A stretch of 64,000 nt of DNA from Bacteriovoracia bacterium (GTDB taxonomy: Bacteria; Bdellovibrionota; UBA1018; CAIPTA01): assembly GCA_050246755.1 (NCBI GenBank), contig JBFWVL010000002.1, positions 32,001 to 96,000 on the forward strand, in the 5' to 3' direction. A model generated the notes under the pieces. That model saw only the letters and a list, made by a program, of their open reading frames with translations, had not been told where the DNA came from and made no database searches. This document shows, piece after piece, positions 58,958 to 64,000 of this stretch. The position numbers and the translations under genes were made by a program. Position 1 is the stretch's first letter. Every line of letters starts with the position of its first letter.

Positions 58958-59683
58958 ATGAGTCGTACGTTTATCACTGAACAGGGCACGGAATTGCCGT
59001 TGCTCAATCTCAAAGGCAAAGACTATCTCGAGGTGAAATACCGCCTCGTGTGGTTCCGCGAAGAACACCCTCAATGGTCGATCGAGACGGAATTCCTATC
59101 GATGGACGATCGCTCCGCCTGCGCGCGGGCGGTGGTGCGGGATGAAACCGGCAGGATCATCGCCACTTCCCATAAGGCAGAAACGGCCGGAAATTTTCCG
59201 GACTTTATGGAAAAGGCGGAGACCGGTGCCATCGGCCGCGCGCTCGCGCTGATCGGATTCGGAACCCAGTTCTGCGCCGATGAGCTCGACGAGGGAGATC
59301 GCATCGTGGATGCCCCCGTGGCCAAAAAATCGGACTACCAAATTCCTCCCAGCGTGGGTTTGGCGCGAATGGCCTCGGACAGGGAATTCAGCCTCGGGGA
59401 TTTCGAAGTGAAGTTCGGGAAAAAATATTTCGGCAAACGCCTGAAAGACATTCCCCGCGCGGAAATCGAATCCTATGTGGATTGGCTCGAAACCAATGCC
59501 AAACAAAAAATGACGGGCCCAAGCTACGAGCTTACTTTGCTGAAAGAAGCCGTGGACCGCTTCCACCATCCGGAGAAATACAAAGCTCCGGTGAAGGAAG
59601 AAAAAGTGGCGAAGAAAGAGGAGAAGCCCGCTAAGAAAGAAGAAAAGGCAGTGGTGGCCAAGGAAACGAACGCCGTGGTTTAG
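58958..59683 (+). CDS. Rad52/Sak-like single-strand annealing protein with C-terminal FGK-motif domain
   Basis: KGKDYLEVKYRLVWFR..AETGAIGRALALIGFG; FGKKYFGKRLKDIP..YVDWL; Lys/Glu tail. Confidence 0.65.
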   Translation: MSRTFITEQGTELPLLNLKGKDYLEVKYRLVWFREEHPQWSIETEFLSMDDRSACARAVVRDETGRIIATSHKAETAGNFPDFMEKAETGAIGRALALIGFGTQFCADELDEGDRIVDAPVAKKSDYQIPPSVGLARMASDREFSLGDFEVKFGKKYFGKRLKDIPRAEIESYVDWLETNAKQKMTGPSYELTLLKEAVDRFHHPEKYKAPVKEEKVAKKEEKPAKKEEKAVVAKETNAVV

Positions 59684-59699
59684 TTCTTAAAGACCAAGA

Positions 59700-59738
59700 G
59701 AAAAAGAGGCCGGTGTTTCCACCGGCCTCTTTTTCTTT
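59700..59738. terminator. Strong bidirectional intrinsic terminator
   Basis: GAAAAAGAGGCCGGTG-loop-CACCGGCCTCTTTTTC. Confidence 0.9.
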
Positions 59739-59749
59739 CGGGGGCTCAA

Positions 59750-60160
59750 CTAATAAACATCATTCCGTTCATTCCAGGATTTACGGGCCTCTTCCGAAGG
59801 ATGCTTCGCGAAGATCGCTTCGAGCTCTCTTTTTTGTTTCAGGGAAGCCCGCTTGCCGTTGAATAAATCCGCTATCGTGGCGGCGTAATCCGGCGACGTA
59901 TCGGTCTTGAGGCGCTCAATCAAGGCGCGGGCAATGGGTTCGGGAGAGGGAGTTGGCCCTTGCCTGTTAGCGGCGGCGTAAGTAAGTAAGTAAGTTTACG
60001 TTGTCGGGGCTAGCGGTGGCTGCAATTTTGGGGGCGTAGCGAATGAGTTCCTTATCGTCGGGCATGTGATAGGCTAGGTGCCCAATCAGCCTAAGTTGAT
60101 CTACCTCGGGATCTTCTTTCAAGTTGAGGACGGGTGTCGAAGGATCAGGCAGCTTGAAGC
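59750..60160 (-). pseudogene. Frameshifted, apparently 5'-truncated gene remnant
   Basis: Two open frames are joined in frame if one unit of (GTAA)4 at 59978-59993 is removed. Confidence 0.55.
59978..59995. repeat. (GTAA)4GT tetranucleotide repeat
   Basis: Read directly from the sequence. Confidence 0.95.
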
Positions 60161-60216
60161 AAGGATCGACTAAGCTAATGCCTAGTCGATTATTGTTTAT
60201 AGTGAGTTGGTGCTGA

Positions 60217-60660
60217 TTATCCGGCGCGGTCGAGGCGAACTTTATTACCGCGGATCTTCAGCTTGCCGGCGCTATTTTTCGTGGCCGTGAAGGTGAAGAT
60301 CAACGAGCTCTCGAGTTCAGGGCCTTGGTAGCCCGTTTCGGTGGCGGTATAGTCGCCATTATTGATCTGCAGGCGGCATTCGAGGAGCGCGCCGCGGGTG
60401 GCTTCGCAGTGGCCCGAAACGCTATTGATCACGATTTCTTGGCCAACCTTCTCGATGCGGGTATCGAGCGCAAGGGCTTGGCCCAAAAGCTCGGGCAGGC
60501 TCTGCTCGGCTTTTTGGCCATCCTGGTATTCGAGCTGAAGGCCGGCGGAATTTGCGATAAGGGCGGTGAGGATGTCCTGGGCTTTCACTTCCTCCTGGGC
60601 GTAGGCGCTGAGGCCGGTGAGCAAGGCGGAAGCGAGGGCGAGGGCGAAAAACTTTTTCAT
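60217..60660 (-). CDS. Secreted hypothetical protein
   Basis: AGGAG RBS, signal peptide (AYA), Cys pair. Confidence 0.75.
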   Translation of the reverse strand: MKKFFALALASALLTGLSAYAQEEVKAQDILTALIANSAGLQLEYQDGQKAEQSLPELLGQALALDTRIEKVGQEIVINSVSGHCEATRGALLECRLQINNGDYTATETGYQGPELESSLIFTFTATKNSAGKLKIRGNKVRLDRAG

Positions 60661-60775
60661 AAAATCTCCTGGGAAATGGTGGCACCGTTTTGGTGTGCTC
60701 CTCTTATAGGAAAGAAATTAACATCTAAAAAGTAGATAAATTGCATAGAAACCATTCTTTTTTTGAATGGATGGG

Positions 60776-62167
60776 TTATCGAAGCAAATCCACGCGGAAC
60801 TTCCGCCCTTTGATTTTTCCGTCTTGCAGGCATTTCAGCGCTGCCGTAGCAATGGAGCGCGAAACGGCCACGTAAGAAAATCGATCATGGATTTCGATCT
60901 TGCCTACGTCGGCGCCGTTGAATCCGCCGGCATCGCCGGTGAGGGCGCCGAGGATATCGCCGGGACGTACTTTGTCTTTTCGTCCGCCGCTTATATAGAA
61001 CGTGACCATTTTCGGCGGCGCTAATTTCTCGCCGGTGGATTCCATGTCGGTACGGCCCGGAAGCTCACCCACGGTGAGCGGATTCTCTTTTTCCAAAAGC
61101 GACGCGCGGTGGCGCTCTTTGGGGGAAACAAAAGTAATGGCCACGCCGCTCTTTCCCGCCCGGCCCGTGCGGCCCACGCGATGGGTATAGATATCCGGCT
61201 GGGGCACGTCGAAATTGATCACGAGCTCAAGATCGGCCACGTCGATCCCGCGCGCGGCCACGTCGGTGGCCACGAGGATGCGGGTGCTGTGGTTGCGGAA
61301 TTTCGCCATCACCTTATCGCGGTCCTGCTGCTCGAGGTCCCCTTGCAGCCCCTCGGCCTGGAAGCCACTCTGGTTCAGGATTTTCGTGAGCTCCACCACC
61401 GTAACTTTCAGGTTACAAAAAATGATCGCCTGCTCGGGTTTACGCTCCCGTAAGCAGTGGAGGAGGGAGGGCAGTTTATTTTGCTCCTCCACTTCGTATA
61501 AAATCTGTTCGATCGAGCTGGCGGCCCCGGAAGCTTCGTCTTGGATTATTATGCGGGCCGGTGATTTTTGGTAGCGCTCGCTCATGGCCTCGATGGAATC
61601 GGGAAAAGTGGCGGAAAAGAAAATCGTCTGGCGCTCTTCGGGAAGTGCGGCCAGGATTTCTTCCATCTCTTCCTGAAAACCCATATCGAGCATGCGGTCG
61701 GCTTCGTCCAATGCGATTTGCGTGCAGCGGCTTAAATCCACGGTTCCCCGGCGCAAGTGATCGAGCACGCGGCCAGGGGTACCCACCGCGATATGGGCCC
61801 CCATGCGGAGGGCTCCAAGCTGGGACTGAATGGGCTGACCACCCACCAGGGAGGCCACGTTGAGGCCCTGGAAGCGGCGGCCGAGGCGGCGGATCTCGCG
61901 GGTCACTTGGGTGCAGAGCTCCCGGGTAGGGCAAAGCACGAGGGCCTGGAGCTCGCCCTCGGAATCGGGAAGGCGGGCCAGGATGGGGAGGGCGAAGGCG
62001 AAAGTTTTGCCAGATCCCGTTTTGGATTGGCCAATGAGATCCTTCCCTTCAAGGAGGAGGGGGATGCTTTCGGCCTGAATGGGCGTGAGTTCCGTAAAAC
62101 CCAGTTCCTGGATTACGGTGAGCACCTCTTCAGGGAGGGGGAGAGAATCAAAACGGACTTTACCCAT
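60776..62167 (-). CDS. dbpA: DEAD-box helicase DbpA
   Basis: DEAD motifs plus the DbpA RNA-binding domain GGRKDKVRPGDILGALT. Confidence 0.93.
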   Translation of the reverse strand: MGKVRFDSLPLPEEVLTVIQELGFTELTPIQAESIPLLLEGKDLIGQSKTGSGKTFAFALPILARLPDSEGELQALVLCPTRELCTQVTREIRRLGRRFQGLNVASLVGGQPIQSQLGALRMGAHIAVGTPGRVLDHLRRGTVDLSRCTQIALDEADRMLDMGFQEEMEEILAALPEERQTIFFSATFPDSIEAMSERYQKSPARIIIQDEASGAASSIEQILYEVEEQNKLPSLLHCLRERKPEQAIIFCNLKVTVVELTKILNQSGFQAEGLQGDLEQQDRDKVMAKFRNHSTRILVATDVAARGIDVADLELVINFDVPQPDIYTHRVGRTGRAGKSGVAITFVSPKERHRASLLEKENPLTVGELPGRTDMESTGEKLAPPKMVTFYISGGRKDKVRPGDILGALTGDAGGFNGADVGKIEIHDRFSYVAVSRSIATAALKCLQDGKIKGRKFRVDLLR

Positions 62168-62269
62168 GGGCCAGCTTCTATCACTTAGAGTTCGGGGACT
62201 CCAGTTTCTTGATTCGGAGAGTCAAAATCGCCCCTTTTTTGCTGGCTGGGCTTCGGCTAGTATCCGCCC

Positions 62270-62665
62270 ATGCAAAACCAACATCCCAATGCCCTGATCC
62301 TACAGAAAATATACGCCCATTTCATTGATGGCGACCTGCCCGCCATGCTCGCCCTCTGCGACGATAAAATTAAGTTCGATGTGCCGGGGAAAAGCAGGCT
62401 CGCCGGCAAGTATACCAAGGAAAATTTCGCCGCTGGTTTTGCGGAAAAGCTCATGGAGCTTTCGGGCGGCAATTTGAAGCTCGAAGTGCACGACACGATG
62501 GCTACGGATCGCCACGGGGTGGCTTTGGTTTCATCTACCATCACGCGCCAAGGCAAGCCGGAAGTGGTGCGTGCGGCCCATGTGTGGCGCTTCGAAAATG
62601 GCAAGCCCGTAGCATGGTACGAATACGCTAAGGATCTTTACCAGTACGACAGCGTGTGGAGCTAG
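62270..62665 (+). CDS. SnoaL/NTF2-like protein
   Basis: IY..F..GD..PG.S.LAG..HVWRFENGK. Confidence 0.85.
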   Translation: MQNQHPNALILQKIYAHFIDGDLPAMLALCDDKIKFDVPGKSRLAGKYTKENFAAGFAEKLMELSGGNLKLEVHDTMATDRHGVALVSSTITRQGKPEVVRAAHVWRFENGKPVAWYEYAKDLYQYDSVWS

Positions 62666-62666
62666 A

Positions 62667-63494
62667 TTGGGCGCGGGGTTCAAAATCGTGACCCTTCCTT
62701 CGGGCGCAAATACCCTGCGCTCGCTCTCGCGCAATGAAACCTACCATCCCTGCGGGGGCCCGCTCGAAGAGGCGCGTGTGCTGCACGTGGAGCAAAACCA
62801 GCTGGCCGAGCGCTGCGCGGAAAAGCGCAAGTTCGTGCTCTGGGATGTGGGCCTTGGCGCGGCCGGAAATTCCGTATCCGCCATCTCGGCGCTGGAGGGC
62901 TGCGCGGCCGACTTGGAAATCCATAGCTTCGATAAGTGGACCGACCCCCTGGAGTTCGCCCTCGAGAATTCCGAAGCTTTGCCTTACCTGAGCCCCTATC
63001 GCGAAATCATCGCGCAGCTGCTGGCCCATAACGAAGTTCAGGTGCGCCCGAATTTAAAATGGTTCTTCCATCGCGGGGATTTCTGCGAGCAGATCGAACG
63101 CAGCGATCTGCCTCCGCCGAACAGTATTTTTTACGATCCCTATTCTCCGGCCACGAACCGCGAGATGTGGACGCTCGCTCATTTCCAGAAAATTTTCGCG
63201 CACCTGAAATCCGACTGCATGCTCAGCAGCTATTCGCGTTCCACCGCCGTGCGCGTAACCTTGCTGCTGGCCGGCTTCCAGGTGGGGATCGGGCGATCGA
63301 TCGAAAACAAAGCCGAGACCACGGTGGCCGCCAACCGCCTGGAGCTGCTAAAGCAGCCGCTCACGAGAAAATTTTTACAAAGAGTGAAAATTTCCGGCAA
63401 TGCGGCGCCGATGCGGGATCCGGTGTATTCGATCACCCCGATTTTGCCCGAAGACCTTGCGGCCCTAGAGTTGCACGCTCAATTCGCGCACTGA
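62667..63494 (+). CDS. MnmC-type (MnmD-like) methyltransferase domain protein
   Basis: ETYHP..EAR..DVGLGAAGN..FYDPYSP..MWT. Confidence 0.75.
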   Translation: MGAGFKIVTLPSGANTLRSLSRNETYHPCGGPLEEARVLHVEQNQLAERCAEKRKFVLWDVGLGAAGNSVSAISALEGCAADLEIHSFDKWTDPLEFALENSEALPYLSPYREIIAQLLAHNEVQVRPNLKWFFHRGDFCEQIERSDLPPPNSIFYDPYSPATNREMWTLAHFQKIFAHLKSDCMLSSYSRSTAVRVTLLLAGFQVGIGRSIENKAETTVAANRLELLKQPLTRKFLQRVKISGNAAPMRDPVYSITPILPEDLAALELHAQFAH

Positions 63495-63501
63495 GGAATA
63501 G

Positions 63502-64000
63502 ATGAAAATAAAACTCAGAAATATGGCTCCCGACGATACCGGTAAATTTAAGGCCAAAGAAGAAGCGGCCTCCGAAACCGAAGCGTTGCTGGAGGAGATG
63601 TACCGCCTCATGTACCTGATGTTCGCCGAAGACCGCCGCTCCTTGCTGATCATCTTGCAGGGCATCGATGCTTCGGGCAAAGACGGCACGATCCGGCATA
63701 TTTTCTCGGGTGCCAATCCCCAGGGCATCCGCGTTTATTCTTTTAAGCAGCCCTCCGAAGAAGAATTGCGTCATGATTTTTTGTGGCGCTGCCAGCGCTT
63801 GGCTCCTGAGCGTGGTTCGGTGGCGATTTTTAATCGGTCGTATTATGAGGATGTGACCACGGTGAAGGTGCACCCCGAATACTTGGAGGCCAGGCGGTTG
63901 CCGCTCGGCGTGAAGCCCGCCAAAATTTTTTCGCAGCGCTTTGCGCAGATCAATGACTACGAAAAAATGCTCAGTGAGAATGGCACCACGGTACTGAAAT
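63502..64000 (+). CDS. Polyphosphate kinase 2 family protein, 3' end outside window
   Basis: GAGG RBS; LQGIDASGKDG, FKQPS.EE..HDFLWR, FNRSYYE. Confidence 0.92.
   Translation, partial: MKIKLRNMAPDDTGKFKAKEEAASETEALLEEMYRLMYLMFAEDRRSLLIILQGIDASGKDGTIRHIFSGANPQGIRVYSFKQPSEEELRHDFLWRCQRLAPERGSVAIFNRSYYEDVTTVKVHPEYLEARRLPLGVKPAKIFSQRFAQINDYEKMLSENGTTVLK

Noticed and set aside
58302-60660. Prophage
   Set aside because: No integrase, terminase, structural or lysis genes.
1-64000. CRISPR arrays, rRNA/tRNA genes, IS elements, reverse transcriptases
   Set aside because: None recognised on reading; intergenic gaps are short and non-repetitive. A tRNAscan/CRISPR-finder run would confirm.

Overview
A gene-dense bacterial chromosomal segment (GC by eye in the mid-50s %) with about 75 CDS. 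It most likely comes from a Bdellovibrionota/Oligoflexia-like organism; this is inferred from the TIGR02147-type gene, the stand-alone SWIB gene and the many orphan signal-peptide proteins. It is a mosaic of short units: an Rrf2-SDR-MFS redox/efflux cluster, a GcvT-type oxidoreductase, HflX, Tex, an MBL exonuclease plus nuclease-DinG helicase operon, a CHASE3 kinase-CheR-CheB signalling cluster, two DEAD-box helicases and PPK2. I saw no rRNA, tRNA, CRISPR array, integrase or transposase. The most notable observations are: (1) an isolated XRE repressor / Rad52-like annealase module with a strong promoter, a structured 5' leader and its own terminator; (2) a bacterial vasohibin-like Cys-His-Ser peptidase; (3) sigma54-type promoters in front of four scattered stress-type genes, one of them an uncalled 57-aa ORF; (4) three matching Rrf2 operators; (5) a five-hairpin intergenic element near deaD; (6) a ligase-associated-type exonuclease paired with a non-canonical helicase; (7) a lone SIR2-like gene; (8) a gene remnant frameshifted by a (GTAA)4 repeat; (9) widespread leaderless gene architecture. 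All family calls come from motif recognition by eye, not from database searches.
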